Shown piece by piece: positions 52,630-64,000 of a stretch of DNA of 64,000 nucleotides. Both the position numbers and the translations under genes were made by a program. The notes beneath the pieces were generated by a model that saw nothing but the letters and a program-made list of their open reading frames with translations, was not told where the DNA came from and made no database searches. The stretch covers positions 23,250,001-23,314,000 of the forward strand of contig OZ024744.1 in the NCBI GenBank assembly GCA_964016885.1, given 5' to 3'. The DNA is from Eledone cirrhosa. Taxonomy: Eukaryota. Position 1 is the first letter of the stretch. Every line of letters starts with the position of its first letter.

Positions 52630-55600
52630 GTTAAAACGAGTTTTATCTTAAGATTCAGCTGTTGTTAAAACGAGTCAGTTCTTAAGATTCAACTGTTGTT
52701 AAAACGAGTTTTATCTTAAGATTCAACTGTTGTTAAACGAATCAGTTCTTATGATTCAACTGTTGTTAAAACGAGTTTTATTTGAAGATTCAACTGTTGT
52801 TAAAACGAGTCAGTTCTTAAGATTCAACCGTTGTTAAAACGAGTTTTATCTTAAGATTCAGCTGTTGTTAAAACGAGTCAGTTCTTAAGATTCAACTGTT
52901 GTTAAAACGAGTTTTATTTGAAGATTCAACTGTTGTTAAAACGAGTCAGTTCTTAAGGTTGAACTGTTGATAAAACGAGTCAGTTCTTAAGATTCAACTG
53001 TTGTTAAAACGAGACAGTTCTTAAGATTCAACTGTTGTTAAAACGAGACAGTTCTTAAGATTCAACTGTTGTTAAAACGAGTTTTATCTTAAGATTCAAC
53101 TGTTGTTAAAATGAGTTTTATCATAAGATTCAACTGTTGTTAAAACGAGTCAGTTCTTAAGATTCAACTGTTGTTAAAACAAGTTTTATTTGAAGATTCA
53201 ACTGTTGTTAAAACGAGTCAGTTATTAAGTTTGCACTGTTGTTAAAACGAATCAGTTCTTAACATTCAACTATCGTTAAAACGAATTTTATCTTAAGATT
53301 CAACTGTTGTTAAGACGAGTTTTATCTTAAGATTCAGCTGTTGTTAAAACGAGTCATTTCTTAAGGTTGAACTGTTGATAAAACGAGTCAGTTCTTAAGA
53401 TTCAACTGTTGTTAAAACGAGTTTTATCTTAAGATTCAACTGTTGTTAAAACGAGTCAGTTCTTAAGATTCAACTGTTGTTAAAACGAGTTTTATTTGAA
53501 GATTCAACTGTTGTTAAAACGAGTCAGGTCTTAAGGTTGAACTGTTGATAAAACGAGTCAGTTCTTAAGATTCAACAGTTGTTAAAACGAGTTTTATCTT
53601 AAGATTTAGCTGTTGTTAAAACGAGTCAGTTCTTAAGATTCAACTGTTGTTAAAACGAGTTTATCTTCAAATTCAGCTGTTGTTAAAACGAGTCAGTTCT
53701 TAAGATTCAACTGTTGTTAAAACGAGTTTTATTTGAAGATTCAACTGTTGTTAAAACGAGTCAGTTCTTAAGGTTGAACTGTTGATAAAACGAGTCAGTT
53801 CTTAAGATTCAACTGTTGTTAAAACGAGTTTTATCTTAAGATTCATCTGTTGTTAAAACGAGTCAGTTCTTAAGATTCAACTGTTGTTAAAACGAGTTTT
53901 ATCTTAAGATTCAACTGCTGTTAAAACGAGTTTTATCTTAAGATGCAACTGTTGTTAAAACGAATCAGTTCTTAAGATTCAACTGTTGTTAAAACGAGTT
54001 TATTTGAAGATTCAACTGTTGTTAAGATGAGTCAGTTCTTAAGGTTGAACTGCTGATAAAACGAGTCAGTTCTTAAGATTCAACTGTTGATAAAACGAGT
54101 CAGTTCTTAAGATTCAACTCTTGTTAAAACGAGTTTTATCTTAAGATTCAACTGTTGTTAAAACGAGTTTATCTTAAGATTCAGCTATTGTTAAAACGAA
54201 TCAGTTCTTAAGATTCAACTGTTGTTAAAACGAGTCAGTTCTTAAGGTTGAACTGTTGATAAAACGAGTCAGTTCTTACGATTCAACTGTTGTTAAAACG
54301 AGTTTTATCTTAAGATTCAGCTGTTGTTAAAACGAGGCAGTTCTTAAGATTCAACTGTTGTTAAAACGAGTTTTATCTTAAGATTCAACTGTTGTTAAAA
54401 CGAGTTTATCTTAAGATTCAGCTGTTGTTAACACGAATCAGTTCTTAAGATTCAACTGTTGTTAAAACGAGTTTTATTTGAAGATTCAACTGTTGTTAAA
54501 ATGAGTCAGTTCTTAAGGTTGAACTGTTGATAAAGCGAGTCAGTTGTTGTTGTTAAAACGAGATTTATCTTAAGATTCAGCTGTTGTTAAAACGAGTCAG
54601 TTCTTAAGATTCAAATGTTGTTAACACGAGTTTTATCTTAAGATTCAACTGTTGTTAAAACGAGTTTATCTTAAGATTCAGCTGTTGTTAAAACGAATCA
54701 GTTCTTAAGATTCAACTGTTGTTAAAACGAGTTTTATTTGAAGATTCAACTGTTGTTAAAATGAGTCAGTCCTTAAGGTTGAACTGTTGATAAAACGAGT
54801 CAGTTCTTAAGATTCAACTGTTGTTAAAACGAGTGTTATCTTAAGATTCAGCTGTTGTTAAAACGAGTCAGTTCTTAAGATTCAACTGTTGTTAAAACGA
54901 GTTTTATCTTAAGATTCAACTGTTATTAAAACGAGTCAGTTCTTAAGATTCAACTGTTGTTAAAACGAGTTTTATCTTAAGATTCAACTGTTGTTAAAAT
55001 GAGCTTATCTTAAGATTCAGTTGTTGTTAAAACGAATCAGTTCTTAAGATTCAACTGTTGTTCAAACGAGTTTAATTTGAAGATTCAACTGTTGTTAAAA
55101 TGAGTCAGTTCTTAAGGTTGAACTGTTAATAAAACGACTCAGTTCTTAAGATTCAACTGTTGTAAAACGAGTTTTATCTTAAGATTCAACTGTTATTAAA
55201 ACGAGTCAGTTCTTAAGATTCAACTGTTGTTAAAACGAGTTTTATCTTAAGATTCCACTGTTGTTATAACGAGTTTTATCTAAAGATTCAACTGTTGTTA
55301 AACGAATCAGTTCTTATGATTCAACTGTTGTTAAAACGAGTTTTATTTGAAGATTCAACTGTTGTTAAAACGAGTCAGTTCTTAAGATTCAACCGTTGTT
55401 AAAACGAGTTTTATCTTAAGATTCAGCTGTTGTTAAAACGAGTCAGTTCTTAAGATTCAACTGTTGTTAAAACGAGTTTTATTTGAAGATTCAACTGTTG
55501 TTAAAACGAGTCAGTTCTTATGGTTGAACTGTTGTTAAAACGAGTCAGTTCTTAAGATTCAACTGTTGTTAAAACGAGTTTTATCTAAAGATTCAGCTGT

Positions 55601-58600
55601 TGTTAAAATGAGTCAGTTCTTAAGATTCAACTGTTGTTAAAACGAGTTTTATCTTAAGATTCAACTGTTGTTAAAACGAGTCAGTTCTTAAGATTCAACT
55701 GTTGTTAAAACGAGTTTTATTTGAAGATTCAACTGTTGTTAAAACGAGTCAGTTCTTAAGTTTGAACTGTTGATAAAACGAGTCAGTTCTTAAGATTCAA
55801 CTGTTGTTAAAACGAGACAGTTCTTAAGATTCAACTGTTGTTAAAACGAGACAGTTCTTAACATTCAACTATCGTTAAAGCGAATTTTATCTTAAGATTC
55901 AACTGCTGTTAAGACGAGTTTTATCTTAAGATTCAGCTGTTGTTAAGACGAGTCAGTTCTTAAGGTTGAACTGTTGATAAAACGAGTCAGTTCTTAAGAT
56001 TCAACTGTTGTTAAAACGAGTTTTATCTTAAGATTCAGCTGTTGTTAAAACGAGTCAGTTCTTAAGATTCAACTGTTGTTAAAACGAGTTTTATCTTAAG
56101 ATTCAACTGTTGTTAAACGAATCAGTTCTTATGATTCAACTGTTGTTAAAACGAGTTTTATTTGAAGATTCAACTGTTGTTAAAACGAGTCAGTTCTTAA
56201 GATTCAACCGTTGTTAAAACGAGTTTTATCTTAAGATTCAGCTGTTGTTAAAACGAGTCAGTTCTTAAGATTCAACTGTTGTTAAAACGAGTTTTATCTA
56301 AAGATTCAGCTGTTGTTAAAATGAGTCAGTTCTTAAGATTCAACTGTTGTTAAAACGAGTTTTATTTGAAGATTCAACTGTTGTTAAAACGAGTCAGTTC
56401 TTAAGGTTGAACTGTTGATAAAACGAGTCAGTTCTTAAGATTCAACTGTTGTTAAAACGAGACAGTTCTTAAGATTCAACTGTTGTTAAAACGAGACAGT
56501 TCTTAAGATTCAACTGTTGTTAAAACGAGTTTTATCTTAAGATTCAACTGTTGTTAAAATGAGTTTTATCATAAGATTCAACTGTTGTTAAAACGAGTCA
56601 GTTCTTAAGATTCAACTGTTGTTAAAACAAGTTTTATTTGAAGATTCAACTGTTGTTAAAACGAGTCAGTTATTAAGTTTGCACTGTTGTTAAAACGAAT
56701 CAGTTCTTAACATTCAACTATCGTTAAAACGAATTTTATCTTAAGATTCAACTGTTGTTAAGACGAGTTTTATCTTAAGATTCAGCTGTTGTTAAAACGA
56801 GTCATTTCTTAAGGTTGAACTGTTGATAAAACGAGTCAGTTCTTAAGATTCAACTGTTGTTAAAACGAGTTTTATCTTAAGATTCAACTGTTGTTAAAAC
56901 GAGTCAGTTCTTAAGATTCAACTGTTGTTAAAACGAGTTTTATTTGAAGATTCAACTGTTGTTAAAACGAGTCAGTTCTTAAGGTTGAACTGTTGATAAA
57001 ACGAGTCAGTTCTTAAGATTCAACAGTTGTTAAAACGAGTTTTATCTTAAGATTTAGCTGTTGTTAAAACGAGTCAGTTCTTAAGATTCAACTGTTGTTA
57101 AAACGAGTTTATCTTCAAATTCAGCTGTTGTTAAAACGAGTCAGTTCTTAAGATTCAACTGTTGTTAAAACGAGTTTTATTTGAAGATTCAACTGTTGTT
57201 AAAACGAGTCAGTTCTTAAGGTTGAACTGTTGATAAAACGAGTCAGTTCTTAAGATTCAACTGTTGTTAAAACGAGTTTTATCTTAAGATTCATCTGTTG
57301 TTAAAACGAGTCAGTTCTTAAGATTCAACTGTTGTTAAAACGAGTTTTATCTTAAGATTCAACTGTTGTTAAAACGAGTTTTATCTTAAGATGCAACTGT
57401 TGTTAAAACGAATCAGTTCTTAAGATTCAACTGTTGTTAAAACGAGTTTATTTGAAGATTCAACTGTTGTTAAGATGAGTCAGTTCTTAAGGTTGAACTG
57501 CTGATAAAACGAGTCAGTTCTTAAGATTCAACTGTTGATAAAACGAGTCAGTTCTTAAGATTCAACTCTTGTTAAAACGAGTTTTATCTTAAGATTCAAC
57601 TGTTGTTAAAACGAGTTTATCTTAAGATTCAGCTATTGTTAAAACGAATCAGTTCTTAAGATTCAACTGTTGTTAAAACGAGTCAGTTCTTAAGGTTGAA
57701 CTGTTGATAAAACGAGTCAGTTCTTACGATTCAACTGTTGTTAAAACGAGTTTTATCTTAAGATTCAGCTGTTGTTAAAACGAGGCAGTTCTTAAGATTC
57801 AACTGTTGTTAAAACGAGTTTTATCTTAAGATTCAACTGTTGTTAAAACGAGTTTATCTTAAGATTCAGCTGTTGTTAACACGAATCAGTTCTTAAGATT
57901 CAACTGTTGTTAAAACGAGTTTTATTTGAAGATTCAACTGTTGTTAAAATGAGTCAGTTCTTAAGGTTGAACTGTTGATAAAGCGAGTCAGTTGTTGTTG
58001 TTAAAACGAGATTTATCTTAAGATTCAGCTGTTGTTAAAACGAGTCAGTTCTTAAGATTCAAATGTTGTTAACACGAGTTTTATCTTAAGATTCAACTGT
58101 TGTTAAAACGAGTTTATCTTAAGATTCAGCTGTTGTTAAAACGAATCAGTTCTTAAGATTCAACTGTTGTTAAAACGAGTTTTATTTGAAGATTCAACTG
58201 TTGTTAAAATGAGTCAGTCCTTAAGGTTGAACTGTTGATAAAACGAGTCAGTTCTTAAGATTCAACTGTTGTTAAAACGAGTGTTATCTTAAGATTCAGC
58301 TGTTGTTAAAACGAGTCAGTTCTTAAGATTCAACTGTTGTTAAAACGAGTTTTATCTTAAGATTCAACTGTTATTAAAACGAGTCAGTTCTTAAGATTCA
58401 ACTGTTGTTAAAACGAGTTTTATCTTAAGATTCAGCTGTTGTTAAAACGAGTCAGTTCTTAAGATTCAACTGTTGTTAAAACGAGTTTTATCTTAAGATT
58501 CAACTGTTGTTAAACGAATCAGTTCTTATGATTCAACTGTTGTTAAAACGAGTTTTATTTGAAGATTCAACTGTTGTTAAAACGAGTCAGTTCTTAAGAT

Positions 58601-61600
58601 TCAACCGTTGTTAAAACGAGTTTTATCTTAAGATTCAGCTGTTGTTAAAACGAGTCAGTTCTTAAGATTCAACTGTTGTTAAAACGAGTTTTATTTGAAG
58701 ATTCAACTGTTGTTAAAACGAGTCAGTTCTTAAGGTTGAACTGTTGATAAAACGAGTCAGTTCTTAAGATTCAACTGTTGTTAAAACGAGACAGTTCTTA
58801 AGATTCAACTGTTGTTAAAACGAGACAGTTCTTAAGATTCAACTGTTGTTAAAACGAGTTTTATCTTAAGATTCAACTGTTGTTAAAATGAGTTTTATCA
58901 TAAGATTCAACTGTTGTTAAAACGAGTCAGTTCTTAAGATTCAACTGTTGTTAAAACAAGTTTTATTTGAAGATTCAACTGTTGTTAAAACGAGTCAGTT
59001 ATTAAGTTTGCACTGTTGTTAAAACGAATCAGTTCTTAACATTCAACTATCGTTAAAACGAATTTTATCTTAAGATTCAACTGTTGTTAAGACGAGTTTT
59101 ATCTTAAGATTCAGCTGTTGTTAAAACGAGTCATTTCTTAAGGTTGAACTGTTGATAAAACGAGTCAGTTCTTAAGATTCAACTGTTGTTAAAACGAGTT
59201 TTATCTTAAGATTCAACTGTTGTTAAAACGAGTCAGTTCTTAAGATTCAACTGTTGTTAAAACGAGTTTTATTTGAAGATTCAACTGTTGTTAAAACGAG
59301 TCAGGTCTTAAGGTTGAACTGTTGATAAAACGAGTCAGTTCTTAAGATTCAACAGTTGTTAAAACGAGTTTTATCTTAAGATTTAGCTGTTGTTAAAACG
59401 AGTCAGTTCTTAAGATTCAACTGTTGTTAAAACGAGTTTATCTTCAAATTCAGCTGTTGTTAAAACGAGTCAGTTCTTAAGATTCAACTGTTGTTAAAAC
59501 GAGTTTTATTTGAAGATTCAACTGTTGTTAAAACGAGTCAGTTCTTAAGGTTGAACTGTTGATAAAACGAGTCAGTTCTTAAGATTCAACTGTTGTTAAA
59601 ACGAGTTTTATCTTAAGATTCATCTGTTGTTAAAACGAGTCAGTTCTTAAGATTCAACTGTTGTTAAAACGAGTTTTATCTTAAGATTCAACTGTTGTTA
59701 AAACGAGTTTTATCTTAAGATGCAACTGTTGTTAAAACGAATCAGTTCTTAAGATTCAACTGTTGTTAAAACGAGTTTATTTGAAGATTCAACTGTTGTT
59801 AAGATGAGTCAGTTCTTAAGGTTGAACTGCTGATAAAACGAGTCAGTTCTTAAGATTCAACTGTTGATAAAACGAGTCAGTTCTTAAGATTCAACTCTTG
59901 TTAAAACGAGTTTTATCTTAAGATTCAACTGTTGTTAAAACGAGTTTATCTTAAGATTCAGCTATTGTTAAAACGAATCAGTTCTTAAGATTCAACTGTT
60001 GTTAAAACGAGTCAGTTCTTAAGGTTGAACTGTTGATAAAACGAGTCAGTTCTTACGATTCAACTGTTGTTAAAACGAGTTTTATCTTAAGATTCAGCTG
60101 TTGTTAAAACGAGGCAGTTCTTAAGATTCAACTGTTGTTAAAACGAGTTTTATCTTAAGATTCAACTGTTGTTAAAACGAGTTTATCTTAGGATTCAGCT
60201 GTTGTTAACACGAATCAGTTCTTAAGATTCAACTGTTGTTAAAACGAGTTTTATTTGAAGATTCAACTGTTGTTAAAATGAGTCAGTTCTTAAGGTTGAA
60301 CTGTTGATAAAGCGAGTCAGTTGTTGTTGTTAAAACGAGATTTATCTTAAGATTCAGCTGTTGTTAAAACGAGTCAGTTCTTAAGATTCAAATGTTGTTA
60401 ACACGAGTTTTATCTTAAGATTCAACTGTTGTTAAAACGAGTTTATCTTAAGATTCAGCTGTTGTTAAAACGAATCAGTTCTTAAGATTCAACTGTTGTT
60501 AAAACGAGTTTTATTTGAAGATTCAACTGTTGTTAAAATGAGTCAGTCCTTAAGGTTGAACTGTTGATAAAACGAGTCAGTTCTTAAGATTCAACTGTTG
60601 TTAAAACGAGTGTTATCTTAAGATTCAGCTGTTGTTAAAACGAGTCAGTTCTTAAGATTCAACTGTTGTTAAAACGAGTTTTATCTTAAGATTCAACTGT
60701 TATTAAAACGAGTCAGTTCTTAAGATTCAACTGTTGTTAAAACGAGTTTTATCTTAAGATTCAACTGTTGTTAAAATGAGCTTATCTTAAGATTCAGTTG
60801 TTGTTAAAACGAATCAGTTCTTAAGATTCAACTGTTGTTCAAACGAGTTTAATTTGAAGATTCAACTGTTGTTAAAATGAGTCAGTTCTTAAGGTTGAAC
60901 TGTTAATAAAACGACTCAGTTCTTAAGATTCAACTGTTGTAAAACGAGTTTTATCTTAAGATTCAACTGTTATTAAAACGAGTCAGTTCTTAAGATTCAA
61001 CTGTTGTTAAAACGAGTTTTATCTTAAGATTCCACTGTTGTTATAACGAGTTTTATCTAAAGATTCAACTGTTGTTAAACGAATCAGTTCTTATGATTCA
61101 ACTGTTGTTAAAACGAGTTTTATTTGAAGATTCAACTGTTGTTAAAACGAGTCAGTTCTTAAGATTCAACCGTTGTTAAAACGAGTTTTATCTTAAGATT
61201 CAGCTGTTGTTAAAACGAGTCAGTTCTTAAGATTCAACTGTTGTTAAAACGAGTTTTATTTGAAGATTCAACTGTTGTTAAAACGAGTCAGTTCTTATGG
61301 TTGAACTGTTGTTAAAACGAGTCAGTTCTTAAGATTCAACTGTTGTTAAAACGAGTTTTATCTAAAGATTCAGCTGTTGTTAAAATGAGTCAGTTCTTAA
61401 GATTCAACTGTTGTTAAAACGAGTTTTATCTTAAGATTCAACTGTTGTTAAAACGAGTCAGTTCTTAAGATTCAACTGTTGTTAAAACGAGTTTTATTTG
61501 AAGATTCAACTGTTGTTAAAACGAGTCAGTTCTTAAGTTTGAACTGTTGATAAAACGAGTCAGTTCTTAAGATTCAACTGTTGTTAAAACGAGACAGTTC

Positions 61601-64000
61601 TTAAGATTCAACTGTTGTTAAAACGAGACAGTTCTTAACATTCAACTATCGTTAAAGCGAATTTTATCTTAAGATTCAACTGCTGTTAAGACGAGTTTTA
61701 TCTTAAGATTCAGCTGTTGTTAAAACGAGTCAGTTCTTAAGGTTGAACTGTTGATAAAACGAGTCAGTTCTTAAGATTCAACTGTTGTTAAAACGAGTTT
61801 TATCTTAATATTCAGCTGTTGTTAAAACGAGTCAGTTCTTAAGATTCAACTGTTGTTAAAACGAGTTTTATCTTAAGATTCAACTGTTGTTAAACGAATC
61901 AGTTCTTATGATTCAACTGTTGTTAAAACGAGTTTTATTTGAAGATTCAACTGTTGTTAAAACGAGTCAGTTCTTAAGATTCAACCGTTGTTAAAACGAG
62001 TTTTATCTTAAGATCCAGCTGTTGTTAAAACGAGTCAGTTCTTAAGATTCAACTGTTGTTAAAACGAGTTTTATCTAAAGATTCAGCTGTTGTTAAAATG
62101 AGTCAGTTCTTAAGATTCAACTGTTGTTAAAACGAGTTTTATTTGAAGATTCAACTGTTGTTAAAACGAGTCAGTTCTTAAGGTTGAACTGTTGATAAAA
62201 CGAGTCAGTTCTTAAGATTCAACTGTTGTTAAAACGAGACAGTTCTTAAGATTCAACTGTTGTTAAAACGAGACAGTTCTTAAGATTCAACTGTTGTTAA
62301 AACGAGTTTTATCTTAAGATTCAACTGTTGTTAAAATGAGTTTTATCATAAGATTCAACTGTTGTTAAAACGAGTCAGTTCTTAAGATTCAACTGTTGTT
62401 AAAACAAGTTTTATTTGAAGATTCAACTGTTGTTAAAACGAGTCAGTTATTAAGTTTGCACTGTTGTTAAAACGAATCAGTTCTTAACATTCAACTATCG
62501 TTAAAACGAATTTTATCTTAAGATTCAACTGTTGTTAAGACGAGTTTTATCTTAAGATTCAGCTGTTGTTAAAACGAGTCATTTCTTAAGGTTGAACTGT
62601 TGATAAAACGAGTCAGTTCTTAAGATTCAACTGTTGTTAAAACGAGTTTTATCTTAAGATTCAACTGTTGTTAAAACGAGTCAGTTCTTAAGATTCAACT
62701 GTTGTTAAAACGAGTTTTATTTGAAGATTCAACTGTTGTTAAAACGAGTCAGTTCTTAAGGTTGAACTGTTGATAAAACGAGTCAGTTCTTAAGATTCAA
62801 CAGTTGTTAAAACGAGTTTTATCTTAAGATTTAGCTGTTGTTAAAACGAGTCAGTTCTTAAGATTCAACTGTTGTTAAAACGAGTTTATCTTCAAATTCA
62901 GCTGTTGTTAAAACGAGTCAGTTCTTAAGATTCAACTGTTGTTAAAACGAGTTTTATTTGAAGATTCAACTGTTGTTAAAACGAGTCAGTTCTTAAGGTT
63001 GAACTGTTGATAAAACGAGTCAGTTCTTAAGATTCAACTGTTGTTAAAACGAGTTTTATCTTAAGATTCATCTGTTGTTAAAACGAGTCAGTTCTTAAGA
63101 TTCAACTGTTGTTAAAACGAGTTTTATCTTAAGATTCAACTGTTGTTAAAACGAGTTTTATCTTAAGATGCAACTGTTGTTAAAACGAATCAGTTCTTAA
63201 GATTCAACTGTTGTTAAAACGAGTTTATTTGAAGATTCAACTGTTGTTAAGATGAGTCAGTTCTTAAGGTTGAACTGCTGATAAAACGAGTCAGTTCTTA
63301 AGATTCAACTGTTGATAAAACGAGTCAGTTCTTAAGATTCAACTCTTGTTAAAACGAGTTTTATCTTAAGATTCAACTGTTGTTAAAACGAGTTTATCTT
63401 AAGATTCAGCTATTGTTAAAACGAATCAGTTCTTAAGATTCAACTGTTGTTAAAACGAGTCAGTTCTTAAGGTTGAACTGTTGATAAAACGAGTCAGTTC
63501 TTACGATTCAACTGTTGTTAAAACGAGTTTTATCTTAAGATTCAGCTGTTGTTAAAACGAGGCAGTTCTTAAGATTCAACTGTTGTTAAAACGAGTTTTA
63601 TCTTAAGATTCAACTGTTGTTAAAACGAGTTTATCTTAAGATTCAGCTGTTGTTAACACGAATCAGTTCTTAAGATTCAACTGTTGTTAAAACGAGTTTT
63701 ATTTGAAGATTCAACTGTTGTTAAAATGAGTCAGTTCTTAAGGTTGAACTGTTGATAAAGCGAGTCAGTTGTTGTTGTTAAAACGAGATTTATCTTAAGA
63801 TTCAGCTGTTGTTAAAACGAGTCAGTTCTTAAGATTCAAATGTTGTTAACACGAGTTTTATCTTAAGATTCAACTGTTGTTAAAACGAGTTTATCTTAAG
63901 ATTCAGCTGTTGTTAAAACGAATCAGTTCTTAAGATTCAACTGTTGTTAAAACGAGTTTTATTTGAAGATTCAACTGTTGTTAAAATGAGTCAGTCCTTA
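52630..64000 (+). repeat. Super-HOR tandem duplication, 5777-bp unit (junction ~58400; second copy runs off the window)
   Basis: GGTCTTAAGG 53527/59304 and the (GTT)4 markers 54541/60318 and 57989/63766 recur at +5777 (3448+2329). Both copies lack the same two monomers (CTAAAGA / ATGAGTC pair) near 52900 and 58680. Confidence 0.85.

Larger units (their letters stand above)
1..64000 (+). repeat. 34-bp tandem satellite array, about 1,890 monomers, single orientation; consensus TTCAACTGTTGTTAAAACGAGT(CAGT/TTTA)TCTTAAGA
   Basis: TTCAAC starts at 1, 35, 69, 103 and so on, and the same unit continues to the last base with no non-repeat sequence seen. Monomers are 34 bp, with occasional 33-bp (1-nt deletion in the T or A run), 35-bp (14711, 17329) and 23-bp (11-bp deletion) variants. 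Confidence 0.99.
31700..64000 (+). repeat. Homogeneous higher-order repeat domain: canonical 3448-bp, 102-monomer unit plus truncated and recombinant units
   Basis: The marker CAG(TTG)3TTAAAACGAGATTTA occurs at 31714, 34824, 39698, 43146, 45441, 48889, 54541, 57989, 60318 and 63766. Intervals are 3110, 4874, 3448, 2295, 3448, 5652, 3448, 2329, 3448. 3448 = 102x34 - 11 - nine 1-bp deletions, which I counted in 39698-43146. Confidence 0.93.

Noticed and set aside
1-64000. CRISPR array (repeat length ~30-34 bp with partial palindromes)
   Set aside because: Units abut directly. The only variable part is a 4-nt site with two main alleles, and there are no unique spacers, leader or cas genes.
1-64000. 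Protein-coding repeat gene on either strand
   Set aside because: 34 is not a multiple of 3. Two palindromic TTAA per monomer put TAA stops in two frames on each strand, and the frame shifts every monomer, so all six frames close within about 2-3 monomers. Frequent 1-bp indels are tolerated.
1-64000. Long ORF under a TAA/TAG=Gln (ciliate-type) genetic code, since plus-strand consensus A and B have no TGA
   Set aside because: Common variants (ATGAG, TTTGAAG, GTTGAAC, TTGATA) introduce TGA every few monomers, indels are not frame-preserving, and variation shows no codon-position pattern.
1-64000. Myb-like (CAACTG/CAACGG) and E-box (CAGCTG) motifs as regulatory sites
   Set aside because: These 6-bp matches are multiplied by the repeat itself, with no gene context or binding evidence.
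1-64000. Telomeric repeat, plasmid iterons or rDNA spacer subrepeats
   Set aside because: There is no G-rich telomere motif, rep gene or rRNA sequence, and the size and HOR structure fit satellite DNA instead.
1-64000. Nucleosome-length 170-bp (5 x 34) unit
   Set aside because: Variant spacing favours 2, 6, 8 and 10 monomers, and I saw no 5-monomer periodicity.
31700-64000. HOR copies being purely an assembly or sequencing artefact
   Set aside because: Copies carry distinct private substitutions (e.g. GTTTCATC ~34586, TATGTTTGAAC ~52139, CTTAATATTC ~61804) and distinct junctions. Individual duplications still need read-level confirmation.

Overview
The whole 64 kb window is one uninterrupted, head-to-tail, AT-rich (~29% GC) tandem satellite array of about 1,890 copies of a 34-bp monomer, running off both ends of the window. 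I find no genes, RNA genes, transposons, inversions or CRISPR spacers. There are two main monomer types: A = TTCAACTGTTGTTAAAACGAGTCAGTTCTTAAGA and B = TTCAACTGTTGTTAAAACGAGTTTTATCTTAAGA. Two recurrent derivatives also occur: C (..TTTTATTTGAAGA) and D (..CTTAAGGTTGAACTGTTGATAAAAC..). Rare variants reveal a nested hierarchy: a 17-bp ancestral half-unit, the 34-bp monomer, A/B alternation, an old ~271-bp 8-mer, and kb-scale duplications in the left half (offsets 4749, 1152, 612, 2618, 3531, 3424 bp). From ~31.7 kb the array becomes a homogeneous 3448-bp, 102-monomer higher-order repeat (HOR), which is itself duplicated as 5743- and 5777-bp super-units. The monomer is almost fully tiled by short dyad symmetries, and several variants look like palindrome-perfecting template-switch mutations. 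This resembles eukaryotic centromeric/pericentromeric satellite DNA, but that is inference: I cannot identify the organism or the satellite family. Offsets were measured by eye from marker variants, and block boundaries are approximate (plus or minus 1-3 monomers).
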